From contig CBFDBY010000005.1 of assembly GCA_965603165.1 (NCBI GenBank), positions 11,474 to 75,473 of the forward strand: DNA of 64,000 bases, in the 5' to 3' direction. This DNA is from an uncultured Phycisphaerae bacterium (GTDB lineage Bacteria; Planctomycetota; Phycisphaerae; Sedimentisphaerales; Anaerobacaceae). Every line of letters starts with the position of its first letter. The stretch's first letter is position 1. Positions 18,442-27,191 of this stretch are shown here, in pieces. A program made the position numbers and the translations under genes. The notes below the pieces were generated by a model. The model worked only from the letters and a program-made list of their open reading frames with translations. It ran no database searches and had not been told where the DNA came from.

Positions 18442-19215
18442 CTACCGGTTGGGCAGCCGGACCGTAAATGTGCTTCCTTTGCCGGGCTCCGACTGAACGT
18501 CGATCTCACCGCGGTGGGCTTGGATGATCCGCCGGCAGAATGTGAGGCCAACCCCCGCGCCGGAGCCGGTGGGGCGGTTCTTCCCGTTCTTCGTCGTGAA
18601 AAACGGTCGGAAGATGTTCTTCAAATCCTCCGGCCTAATGCCCCTGCCCGTATCGTTTACGGTGATATCGATATATTGGGTATCCGCCGCGGCCGTTACC
18701 TTCAGGGTGCCGCCGCCGGGCAGCATCGCCTCGCGGGCGTTCAGGATCAGGTTCATCAGCACCTGCTGGATCTGCACGGGGACACAGTCCACCTGCAGCC
18801 CCTCGGCAATATGCGTCTCGACGGTAATGCCGTCCTTGCCAAAATCCCGGCAGAGACAGGTGAACACCTCCTCCACAAGGGCTTCGACGGAGGCGTCTTC
18901 GTGCTCCTGCTTCTGGCCGTTTGCCATCGCGAGCATGCTCTGCATGATCTTGGCCGCGCGTTCGCAGTTGCGGGCCGTCTTTTGAAGCACTTTTCCAGCC
19001 AAATCCCCATCTTCGGGGTTCTGGACGGCCAGGGCGGCGTAGCTGGCCAGCGGTGTCAGCAGATTGTTGATCTCGTGGGCGATCATGCAGGTGGCCGAGC
19101 CCAGATTAGCGAGGGCCTGGAGCTGGAGGTTCTGGGATCTCAGCGCCTCGTTCTCTTGCTGTTTCTGTGCGAGATCCTCGTGCAATGAGAGGCGTTTCTC
19201 GATGATGCTTGTCAA
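18442..19215 (-). CDS. Cytoplasmic sensor-less histidine kinase (DHp plus HATPase_c only)
   Basis: H-box MIAHEINNLLTPL. N/G boxes NLILNAREAM, NDTGRGI, GSGAGVGL. The track start at 19464 runs through an AT-rich promoter region. TTG 19215 is preceded by AAGGAG (19223-19228, reverse strand) with a 7-nt spacer. Confidence 0.8.
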   Translation of the reverse strand: MTSIIEKRLSLHEDLAQKQQENEALRSQNLQLQALANLGSATCMIAHEINNLLTPLASYAALAVQNPEDGDLAGKVLQKTARNCERAAKIMQSMLAMANGQKQEHEDASVEALVEEVFTCLCRDFGKDGITVETHIAEGLQVDCVPVQIQQVLMNLILNAREAMLPGGGTLKVTAAADTQYIDITVNDTGRGIRPEDLKNIFRPFFTTKNGKNRPTGSGAGVGLTFCRRIIQAHRGEIDVQSEPGKGSTFTVRLPNR

Positions 19216-19237
19216 TAGCCCACTCCTTTTATACAAT
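19209..19237 (+). promoter_or_regulatory. Candidate promoter TTGTCA-17-TACAAT
   Basis: Hexamers at 19209-19214 and 19232-19237. It points toward the 88-aa ORF and the response regulator. Confidence 0.4.
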
Positions 19238-19263
19238 CCATGCCTGGGTATCCATACACAAGC

Positions 19264-19292
19264 ATTATCTACCGGAAGTGCTTGCCGGACAA
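19264..19292 (-). promoter_or_regulatory. Candidate promoter TTGTCC-17-GATAAT for the kinase operon
   Basis: On the reverse strand, -35 is at 19287-19292 and -10 at 19264-19269, with exactly 17 nt between. Confidence 0.45.
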
Positions 19293-19297
19293 GTATT

Positions 19298-19315
19298 TCT
19301 ATCGACTCTATCGAC
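19298..19315. promoter_or_regulatory. Perfect tandem direct repeat TCTATCGAC x2 (candidate regulator binding site)
   Basis: Copies at 19298-19306 and 19307-19315 are identical. The repeat lies 5 nt upstream of the -35 of the minus-strand promoter. Confidence 0.5.
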
Positions 19316-19342
19316 ACGCGTACGGTTTTTTCTTGAAGCAGC

Positions 19343-19609
19343 ATGGACGAGCAACGGATTCTCGACGAGCTTCTGACCCTTCTGGAGGCCCATCGCGTCA
19401 AGATCCGCCGTGAGCCGCTCGGAGGCCGGGGAGGAGGGCTGGCAACCATGAAAGGCCAAAGCATCTTCTTTGTGGATACGGAGGCAGCTTCCGCCGAGGT
19501 GGCCTCGCTGTGCGCCGAAGCCGTCGTGAGGCTGCTCGATATCGAGACGATCTACCTACGGCCGGAAGTGCGCCAGTTCATCGAGAGTCACGTGGACGGC
19601 ACCTCTTAG
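19343..19609 (+). CDS. Hypothetical 88-aa protein
   Basis: Protein-like composition (MDEQRILDELLTLLEAHRVKIRREPLGGRGGGLATMKGQSIFFVDTEA...). No obvious SD and no family recognised. Confidence 0.5.
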   Translation: MDEQRILDELLTLLEAHRVKIRREPLGGRGGGLATMKGQSIFFVDTEAASAEVASLCAEAVVRLLDIETIYLRPEVRQFIESHVDGTS

Positions 19610-19873
19610 AGCAAGCGCAGACTCGTGCGGACAGCGAACCCGGCGATCAGCTGCAGCTATTGTTAGGCCTTCAATCCGGCCCGGCTGAAGCAGCCCGTAC
19701 CACCTGAAAACGACGGGAATTCGGCATATTACCTGGGAAAAGGGGGCCCCGGGAATACGGCCTCACGGCGAAAAATGCTTGCAATCCGGGGAAAAACACG
19801 CGAAAAATGGACCGGCCGACCATGCAACGGGATAGCCGGGTATGCAGATTGAGTTGGGCCGGGAGCAAGATAA

Positions 19874-20356
19874 ATGCCTCAGGATAAAGCAAGGAACCGG
19901 GATAGAGTCCCCACGATTCTCGTGGTGGACGATAATCAGCAGAACCTCGAGTTGATCCAGGCCTACCTGGACGATGTCGATTGCAGGACGGCCGCGGCTC
20001 ACGATGGCATTGAGGCCCTGGACATGGTGGCGAGAAAAGAGCCCGATTTGATCCTTCTCGATGTGATGATGCCCAAGATGAGCGGCTTTGAAGTCTGCCG
20101 AAGGCTCAAGGGCAATCCGGCTACGGCCGATATCCCGGTGATTATGGTCACGGCCCTGAATGAGTTCGGCGATATCGAACGCGGCATCGACTCGGGGACC
20201 GATGACTTCGTCAGCAAACCCATCAATCGACTCGAACTGCTGACCCGCGTCCGGACCATGCTCAAGCTCAAGCATCTCAGCGACCGCCTCCAGCGCACGC
20301 TGGCGTACCTGAGCGAAGTCGAGAAGCACGCCCAGACTGACATAGATAGGGCCTAG
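19874..20356 (+). CDS. Single-domain response regulator (REC)
   Basis: ILVVDDNQQNLELI...DLILLDVMMPKMSGFEV...VSKP, covering the acidic pocket, phospho-acceptor Asp and conserved Lys. Confidence 0.9.
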   Translation: MPQDKARNRDRVPTILVVDDNQQNLELIQAYLDDVDCRTAAAHDGIEALDMVARKEPDLILLDVMMPKMSGFEVCRRLKGNPATADIPVIMVTALNEFGDIERGIDSGTDDFVSKPINRLELLTRVRTMLKLKHLSDRLQRTLAYLSEVEKHAQTDIDRA

Positions 20357-20667
20357 CGGGCGGCGCTGAGCGACATCCACGAGTAGGGGGGATTGCCCCG
20401 TTCCACCAAGGCACTGGATGGAGTCCGCCTTTAGAGGCTTGTGACCATGGGACACGACCACCCTGCCGGCCCATCTGCCCACGAATCCGATAACGTCAGT
20501 CTTAAAACCGAGACAATCCCTACAGCAGACACAACCGCCACATCGCCCCTCGCCAACGGCACCGCCCGCCGCCATCGCGAAAGCCAGGTTAATATGCCTT
20601 TGAAATTGGACGATACGTCAGCAGTACCTGGTTTGGATTCCGTGCAACAAGGCAGCAGGAGTGAGGG

Positions 20668-22269
20668 ATGCGTGGCTTACTTGAGATTTTCGGCAGGGCG
20701 ATCACCGTCGATACGCCTGAATTGATATGGCACTGGCTGAATGAGCGAAGACGGGCCCAAGCCGACCGCGAGCTGTCGGAAAACGGGGACCTGGACCATA
20801 TCATCGACCTCATGGGACACGGCAAGTTCGCGGAGGCCGGCGAGCAGGTGCGGCAGTATCTGTTCAAGGACCCCTCGTGCTGTTTCGGCCGGATGGCCGC
20901 CGCCGCCCTGTACCTGCACGAAAGCAACCTCCAGGAAGCGATCGAAGAGCTGAACTCCATCTACATGCGCCAGCCCAATAATACCCTGGCGCTCTATGTC
21001 CTCGGCCACTGCTTCGAGCGCCTGGGGCAGCAAGCCCAGGCCGTCGAGTTCTACCAGGACTGCATCAAATTCAACAGCCACCTGCAGTTGCCCGCTCAGC
21101 GGCTCGGCGCCATCTACTTCAAGGACGGCCGGCTGGAGGATGCCATCGCACAATACGAGCCGATGCGGGAGCATTATCCGGACGACATCTCGACCCTGGT
21201 CACTCTGGGACAGCTCTACACGATCACAGGCCAGTACGCCAGGGCCATTGAGACGTTCAACACAGCCATCCTGATCCACCCCGACAACTTCATCACGCGT
21301 AACGAGTCTATCGACGAGCTCGTGCGCGCCGGGCAGCTTCAGGAGGCTCTGGATCAAATCGACGTGCTTCTCGTGGACGAGCCCGAGCGAGCGGATCTGA
21401 TCGCGAAGCAGGCCGATATCCTCGCCATGATGGGAAGCATCAGTGATGCCCTCACACAGTATCAACAGGCATTGCGAATCTGCCCGGATTTCCTGGAAGC
21501 GACCATCAAACTGGGCACGAACTTCCTGAAGGTGCACGCCGAACAGCTCGCCGCCCAACAGTTCAACAGGGCGATCGAGATCAACGACGAGATCGTCGAG
21601 GCCTACCTGGGCCTGGCGGCCGCCCAGAGGCTCGCCGGAGACGAAGCGGAGGCCCGGAACACCCTTTCGCTGGCCTCGGCCGTCCAACCGAACAGCTCCT
21701 TCCTGTTCGTCGAGACCGCCAAGCTGATCCTCAAAGCCGCCCTCGAAGCCAATCTGCTGCCGGCCCCGGACGATGTCGGAAGCCTCGAACAGAGCGTGCT
21801 GGCCGCCCATCAACGCCATTCGGAGCGCTCGCCGCACAACCCCGACCTGCATTACAGGCTCGGGATCCTTCACATGAATGCGCACCGCATGCGGGAGGCC
21901 GCAGGCTGCTTCGAAACCGCCCTGAATATCAACCCAACGTTTTCGCGCGCCGCCACGAAGCTCGCTGTGTGCCTTTTCGAAACCGGCCGCACGCAAGAGG
22001 CCCTCGATCTGATCACGCCGCCACGCCATTACGACCGCGGAACGCTCGACCTCTACTACAAGACGGCGCTGCTGTACTGCAATCGGATTAAGTTCGCCTC
22101 GTCCATGATCAACCTGCAGCGCCAGATCGAGAGGAACCTCGCCCCGAATCTCGATGCGACGACGAACATCTCGATTGTCCTGCAGAACCTGGGCCTGTCG
22201 GACACCGTCGGCCTGATGTGGGAGAACCTCTGCCAGACGGCCGCACACGCTCCTGTCCCACATGCCTAA
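20668..22269 (+). CDS. TPR repeat protein
   Basis: 533 aa of recognisable TPR units (ALYVLGHCFERLGQQAQAVEFYQDCIKFN...). AGGAG SD at 20657-20661. Confidence 0.85.
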   Translation: MRGLLEIFGRAITVDTPELIWHWLNERRRAQADRELSENGDLDHIIDLMGHGKFAEAGEQVRQYLFKDPSCCFGRMAAAALYLHESNLQEAIEELNSIYMRQPNNTLALYVLGHCFERLGQQAQAVEFYQDCIKFNSHLQLPAQRLGAIYFKDGRLEDAIAQYEPMREHYPDDISTLVTLGQLYTITGQYARAIETFNTAILIHPDNFITRNESIDELVRAGQLQEALDQIDVLLVDEPERADLIAKQADILAMMGSISDALTQYQQALRICPDFLEATIKLGTNFLKVHAEQLAAQQFNRAIEINDEIVEAYLGLAAAQRLAGDEAEARNTLSLASAVQPNSSFLFVETAKLILKAALEANLLPAPDDVGSLEQSVLAAHQRHSERSPHNPDLHYRLGILHMNAHRMREAAGCFETALNINPTFSRAATKLAVCLFETGRTQEALDLITPPRHYDRGTLDLYYKTALLYCNRIKFASSMINLQRQIERNLAPNLDATTNISIVLQNLGLSDTVGLMWENLCQTAAHAPVPHA

Positions 22270-22348
22270 GAGTGCCCAGGACAGCCCCGAGAGGCCCATT
22301 CAGCGAAAACCCAGCCGCCCCGGCCGAATGAAACATAACATATCTTAT

Positions 22349-22375
22349 GAGACGTTGGAAATAACGTTTCTTTCC
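22349..22375 (+). terminator. Candidate intrinsic terminator after the TPR gene
   Basis: GAGACGTT [GGAAAT] AACGTTTC is an 8-bp stem with one G-U pair, followed by TTTCC. Confidence 0.4.
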
Positions 22376-22422
22376 GGCCTCCCAGCAGCTAATCTCGTAC
22401 GCGCTGCCTCCGACGGCTCAAC

Positions 22423-22450
22423 TTGCTTCGATCCTGTGTGAGGATATACT
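22423..22450 (+). promoter_or_regulatory. Candidate promoter TTGCTT-16-TATACT
   Basis: Hexamers at 22423-22428 and 22445-22450. Confidence 0.35.
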
Positions 22451-22511
22451 GGCCGGGTCGCCGCCTCCGCGGCGTGATGTGCCACGAAGAGAGAATGCTC
22501 GGAGTGAATCA

Positions 22512-23051
22512 ATGCCCTTGAGATCTCAACGTTTTGCGGCTCGATGGTCGCCCTCGGTTTGGATCGTAACCTGTGCCGTGACCTTGCTTGTTGTCATCGT
22601 CGTCGGCAGCATGATTCGGATGACCGCGAAGACGGTACCTGACGACGGCGATGGCATCCGGGCGCTCCTTGTCTTCGTCGCGTTCGTCCCGGCGGTCATC
22701 CTGTGCGTGACGATCTTCTTCGCGCCTCTTGGGTACACCGTCCATCCCCAGGTCATCGAGGTGAATCGCATGGGCCCGAATGTCATGATCCCATGCGAAC
22801 AGATCGCCGACGTTCGTCGGCTCGGCCGAACCGACCTGGGATTCACCCTGCGCATCTTCGGTTCCGGCGGGTTCTTCGGCGCTTTCGGGCGGTTCTACAG
22901 CTATCGTCTTCGCTGGTTCAGTGCCTACATCACGAACCATCGAGACCTCGTTCTGATTACGCGGACCGACGGGACGAAGATCCTGATTTCGCCGCATCCT
23001 GTGGACGCATTTCTCGACTCACTGGACAGGGCGCGAGAACATCCGGCTTGA
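22512..23051 (+). CDS. Membrane protein with a bacterial PH-like C-terminal domain
   Basis: The track ORF starts at GTG 22479. ATG 22512 gives MPLRSQRF... Two TM segments, then a YdbT/PH-like region. The domain assignment is tentative. Confidence 0.6.
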   Translation: MPLRSQRFAARWSPSVWIVTCAVTLLVVIVVGSMIRMTAKTVPDDGDGIRALLVFVAFVPAVILCVTIFFAPLGYTVHPQVIEVNRMGPNVMIPCEQIADVRRLGRTDLGFTLRIFGSGGFFGAFGRFYSYRLRWFSAYITNHRDLVLITRTDGTKILISPHPVDAFLDSLDRAREHPA

Positions 23052-23166
23052 AATGGATCGCAACCAGCCAAGGGTCCGATAAGCGGCACAACTGGCAGGG
23101 CGGTCCTTCTCCTCAGCATGGCTCTGACATCCGCGAGGAACACGCGCTCACGTTGGCCATTCGTCG

Positions 23167-23931
23167 TTAGAAAGACGCGATCTGTTCGGAGGGGTCACGC
23201 AGGGCGATGGGCTTGCCGAGGATTTCATAATGGAGGATCGCCTTCTTCAGGGCGTCCGGATCGCTGTAGTCGATGAGGGCGGCTGGGCCGAAACCGGTAG
23301 ACCGGCCCGGCGTTTCCCATCGCTGCTTACGCAGTTTCAGGGGCTTCGGTGGTTCGAATGTGATACTGGTCGGGTCTTCAGCAAGCGCCCCGAATACCGG
23401 CTCGCCCATCTCAGTCCTCGGCACAACGCGAGGCGGCGGCTGCGTGGCATTGGCCGCAGCCTCTCTCGCCTCAGGCGCCCGAACAGCCTGCCGCTGCCGC
23501 TCGGCAAGCGCACGCGATTCAGGCTGCTCGTAGACCATGATGGATTCGCCTCCCTGGCCCGGGCGAATTGTGATCTTGCCGGCCGGCCGCTGCGCCGGCC
23601 GGGGTCTTCCGCCCTGCTCCCGAAGATCACCCTTCTGCTCCAGTTGTCGCGCCCCCTCGACGGCCCGTCGGCCTTGTGCCTCCGCAGCCCGCTGCATCTC
23701 TTCGGCCTTGCGCGCGAGCCGCTTCTGCCAGGTTTCCCGCTCGCGGGGCTGCTCTTTCGCCAATCCCTCCCGGCCGCCCTGCTGCGCCCGGCCTTTCTGG
23801 CTGGCGGCCTTGACCAGGGCCCCTATCAGGTAAAGAACGGCCAAGACCACGATAAAGAGGATGTTGACCCATTCCTCCATACCCGGCCGCTGGGCCAGCA
23901 GACGGAATTGCACGAGAGGCTCCATCAGCAA
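23167..23931 (-). CDS. Hypothetical membrane-anchored, highly charged (R/E/Q/A-rich) protein, last gene of the floA operon
   Basis: 254 aa with one N-terminal TM and a low-complexity charged middle. It starts 24 nt after the floA stop. Confidence 0.6.
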   Translation of the reverse strand: MLMEPLVQFRLLAQRPGMEEWVNILFIVVLAVLYLIGALVKAASQKGRAQQGGREGLAKEQPRERETWQKRLARKAEEMQRAAEAQGRRAVEGARQLEQKGDLREQGGRPRPAQRPAGKITIRPGQGGESIMVYEQPESRALAERQRQAVRAPEAREAAANATQPPPRVVPRTEMGEPVFGALAEDPTSITFEPPKPLKLRKQRWETPGRSTGFGPAALIDYSDPDALKKAILHYEILGKPIALRDPSEQIASF

Positions 23932-23955
23932 TCGCTCATTTCTCTTCGGTACGTC

Positions 23956-24966
23956 TCAGCTTTGCTCGGGTTTCTTCGGCTTGGCGATCGACTCACGCAT
24001 CTGCGTGTCGGCGCCGATATTCTTGAGCCGGTAGTAGTCCATGATGCCGAGGTTGCCCGACCGGAAGGCCTCGGAAATCGCCAGCGGGACCTTCGCCTCG
24101 TTCTCGACGACCAGCGCCCGCATTTCCTGCTCACGGGCGACCGCCATGGCGCGTCGCTTCTCGGCCTCGGCCTTGGCCCGCCGCATGTCCGCCTCGGCCT
24201 GCGCCGCCTGAAGCTGCGCGCCCACGTTCTCACCGACATCCACATCGGCAATATCAATCGACAGGATCTCGAACGCCGTGCCCGCATCGAGGCCCTTATC
24301 CAGCACGGCCTTCGATATCTTGTCCGGATTTTCCAGTACGCCCTTGTACGTGACCGAACTGCCGATGGTCGTTACGATGCCTTCGCCCACGCGCGCGATG
24401 ATCGTCTCTTCCGTGGCACCGCCGACCAGCCGCTGGATATTCGCGCGGACCGTGACGCGGGCCTTCGCCTTGAGCTGAATCCCGTCCTGGGCGACCGCAT
24501 CGACGGTGTCCCTGCCCTTTTTCGGATCGGGGCAATCGATGACCTTGGGATTGACGCTCGTTTGCACGGCTTCGAGGATATCGCGACCGGCCAAGTCAAT
24601 GGCCGTAGCCGTCTTGAAGGACAGTTCGATATTGGCGCGGTTTGCGGCAACGAGCGCCCGCACGACGTTCGGCACCCGCCCCCCTGCCAGATAGTGGCTT
24701 TCGAGGTCCTTCGTGGTCAGTTGCAGTCCCGCCTGCACGGCCGTGATCTTGCTGAGCACAATGGTCCGGGCGTCCACCCGTCGCAGCCACATGCCGATCA
24801 GCTCGGACAGCTTGATATCCGCCCGGGAGAAATACGCCTGTAGCCACAACCGCGCGAACTTCAGCAGGATCAGCCCGAATACGAGTACCGCGATGCCGAT
24901 GATAATCAAGATCCCAACGATCACCGGATCACCAATCTGCAGTAACATGCTTGTCATCTGCGACAT
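23956..24966 (-). CDS. floA: Flotillin-like protein FloA (UPF0365/YqfA family, SPFH)
   Basis: 336 aa. N-terminal TM, then ...[26 protein letters not shown]..., typical of FloA. Confidence 0.9.
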   Translation of the reverse strand: MSQMTSMLLQIGDPVIVGILIIIGIAVLVFGLILLKFARLWLQAYFSRADIKLSELIGMWLRRVDARTIVLSKITAVQAGLQLTTKDLESHYLAGGRVPNVVRALVAANRANIELSFKTATAIDLAGRDILEAVQTSVNPKVIDCPDPKKGRDTVDAVAQDGIQLKAKARVTVRANIQRLVGGATEETIIARVGEGIVTTIGSSVTYKGVLENPDKISKAVLDKGLDAGTAFEILSIDIADVDVGENVGAQLQAAQAEADMRRAKAEAEKRRAMAVAREQEMRALVVENEAKVPLAISEAFRSGNLGIMDYYRLKNIGADTQMRESIAKPKKPEQS

Positions 24967-24981
24967 CCTTCGATCCTTTCT

Positions 24982-25503
24982 CTAAGCCTCGTCCATGACC
25001 CGTACGGTCACCTGGGTTCCCTCGACGTGAATCACCTTGACGGTCTCGCCTTTCCGCACATACCCGCTTTCGGCGACGCATTCAACCTTTTGTTCGTCAA
25101 AGGCACACATGCCGACCGGCCGCATCGTTGTCAGCACGCGACCTGCTCGGCCCACAAGCATCTTCAGTTCCGTCCCGTCCGAGATGGCGTCCCCGCGCTC
25201 GCGAACCGGCGGCGACAGAATCACCTGCCGTCCAAATCGTGTTCGCGGCAGGATCTTGTACGCCGTCACCAGCAGAGACGGCACCATGAAAAGGGCAACG
25301 ACCACGCCGATCCATCCCGCCACGTCGCTGTGGCCAAAGAAGATCGCCACCCCCCCGGCCAGCGAGAAAATCGCACAAATGCTGAGCACCCCCCCGCTCG
25401 GGATGAAAACCTCCGCCACGATCAACGTCGCACAGACGAGGTACAGGAAAACGGCGAGCAACAGCCACCAATCCACAGATCCATCCTTCTCAAAGCAAAC
25501 CAC
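24982..25503 (-). CDS. NfeD family protein (TM region plus C-terminal OB fold)
   Basis: 173 aa. Three or four TM helices, then an NfeD OB-like C-terminus (GRAGRVLTTMRPVGMCAFDEQKVECVAESGYVRKGETVKVIHVEG). Confidence 0.85.
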   Translation of the reverse strand: MVCFEKDGSVDWWLLLAVFLYLVCATLIVAEVFIPSGGVLSICAIFSLAGGVAIFFGHSDVAGWIGVVVALFMVPSLLVTAYKILPRTRFGRQVILSPPVRERGDAISDGTELKMLVGRAGRVLTTMRPVGMCAFDEQKVECVAESGYVRKGETVKVIHVEGTQVTVRVMDEA

Positions 25504-25544
25504 AGAGGTGCCGCCTTACGCGATGCTCGGCGGCCCAGTCCGTT

Positions 25545-27134
25545 TCACGCCCCGCCGCCCTCGTCTACCCGTTTGACGACGACCCGGCTGCCCTTGATCG
25601 CGATTATCTCCACTCTGGTGCCCTTGTCCAGGAATTCGCCCGTGGCGACGACGTCGACCCGGGCATCGCCGAAGCGTGCCTTGCCGGCCGGCCGAAGCCT
25701 CGACGTCACCTCGCCGAGATCGCCGATTTGCACCGCCGGTCCGGAACTCTCCGGCGGCCGCGTCATGCTGATCCGCGAGGCGCCCCCGGCCGAGACCGCC
25801 GAAACCGGCACCAAGATCAGCCCGCGCATGAATCGGAGCCTTGGCAGATATCGGGACAGAATCGAGGCCAGGAGGACGAATCCACCGAATCCGAGCGCCA
25901 GCGAGATCACGCCGGATGACAGAGATTCCCAGTCCCCCGGCGTCTGCGGCCAGGGCAATTCATCCGGTGCATTGCGGATCAACATGCCAAACAACCCCGC
26001 GAAGAGGCACACAATCCCCAGGATCCCCGCGATGCCGAAGCCAGGCAGGACAAACAGTTCGATCAGCAGCAGCACCATCCCGATAAACAACAGGGCGATC
26101 TCCACCCAGTTCGCCATGCCAACCAGGTACTTACTGCCCAGGATAATGGCAAAACAGATTACCGCCACCATGCCCGGCAGGCCAATGCCCGGCGTGTTGA
26201 ACTCGATATAAACCCCCAGCAATGCCAGCATGAACAGAACGCTCAGGACGGCCGGCGAATTGAGCCAGCTCACCATATGCTCCGACCAGCTCGGTACGAG
26301 CACCATCGGCGCATCCGGAAAGCGTACCGCGTCGCGCTGCTCCAGGAAGGCCAGCGCCCCCTGCCGGTCCTCGACAACCTCCCGCGCCAGGCCGTATTCC
26401 CGGGCCAGCGATGCCGTTAGCGTCAACAGCTCGTCATCGCCGTCGATTTTCTCCGCACCCTTGACGTCGTACGCGTTCGCGTCCTCGGGCAGGTTATCCC
26501 CCTCGAAGAACTCGTACTGACTCGTATCGAGGTTCCGCACCCGGTAGACCTCGATCTGCATGGTCACCATCGCTTTGAGCAGCAGCTCCGGGTAGCCGTT
26601 GGCCTCGGCGGCCGCCCGGAAGATCGCCCGTATGAAACTCTCGGCTTTCTCCCGCTCCACCCCTTCCAGGGCCCCGCCCATGGTAATCGGGGCAGCGTCG
26701 CCGATCTTGGTATTCTCCCGCATGATAATGTCCCGGCAGGAGACGCTGACCAGGGCCCCGGCGGAAATCGCCTCCGTCGTGACATAGGCGACGGTATGTC
26801 CGCGCTTGCCGGCCTGCTGAATCAGATACTTGTGAATGGAATCGGCCGCGTCGACCAAGCCGCCGTAGGTGCTGATCTCGTAGATCAGGTAGTCCGCACC
26901 CTCGTCGAGTGCAATCCCCGTGCGCCGCTTGATGGAATAGAACAGCGCCTGATCGATCATCCCTTCGCAAGGGATGATCGCTGCTTTCGCGTCCCGCGGT
27001 ATACCGGCCGGTACATTCGGTTCGGCCGCCGAAGCCGAAGCGCACGCGAGCGCACCCGGGACAAGGATCAGAGCAACTCGAAATGCTGTTCTCATGCCGC
27101 TAATTGTACCGTGCCGCCGACGTCCTGGCAACAA
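25545..27134 (-). CDS. NfeD-type membrane-bound ClpP-class serine protease (YqeZ-like)
   Basis: 529 aa. ClpP-like N-domain with TEAISAGALV, a TM block and a C-terminal OB fold. The true start may be ATG 27095 (MRTAFRVALIL... signal). Confidence 0.85.
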   Translation of the reverse strand: MLPGRRRHGTISGMRTAFRVALILVPGALACASASAAEPNVPAGIPRDAKAAIIPCEGMIDQALFYSIKRRTGIALDEGADYLIYEISTYGGLVDAADSIHKYLIQQAGKRGHTVAYVTTEAISAGALVSVSCRDIIMRENTKIGDAAPITMGGALEGVEREKAESFIRAIFRAAAEANGYPELLLKAMVTMQIEVYRVRNLDTSQYEFFEGDNLPEDANAYDVKGAEKIDGDDELLTLTASLAREYGLAREVVEDRQGALAFLEQRDAVRFPDAPMVLVPSWSEHMVSWLNSPAVLSVLFMLALLGVYIEFNTPGIGLPGMVAVICFAIILGSKYLVGMANWVEIALLFIGMVLLLIELFVLPGFGIAGILGIVCLFAGLFGMLIRNAPDELPWPQTPGDWESLSSGVISLALGFGGFVLLASILSRYLPRLRFMRGLILVPVSAVSAGGASRISMTRPPESSGPAVQIGDLGEVTSRLRPAGKARFGDARVDVVATGEFLDKGTRVEIIAIKGSRVVVKRVDEGGGA

Positions 27135-27191
27135 CGGTCGGCACGCGGACCCAAAAATCTCCCCTCCGCCCCCCTCCTGCGAGATCGTTGC

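Noticed and set aside
19216-19464. N-terminal 83 codons of the track's histidine kinase ORF
   Set aside because: This extension would read through an AT-rich region holding two promoter-like elements and a tandem repeat. It would also overlap the divergent ATG at 19343. TTG 19215 with an AAGGAG SD is a better start.
20677-22299. 540-aa minus-strand ORF
   Set aside because: It is antisense to the TPR protein gene. The plus-strand product shows clean TPR units and has an SD.
23230-24843. 537-aa plus-strand ORF
   Set aside because: It is antisense to floA and the following gene. It is a shadow ORF.
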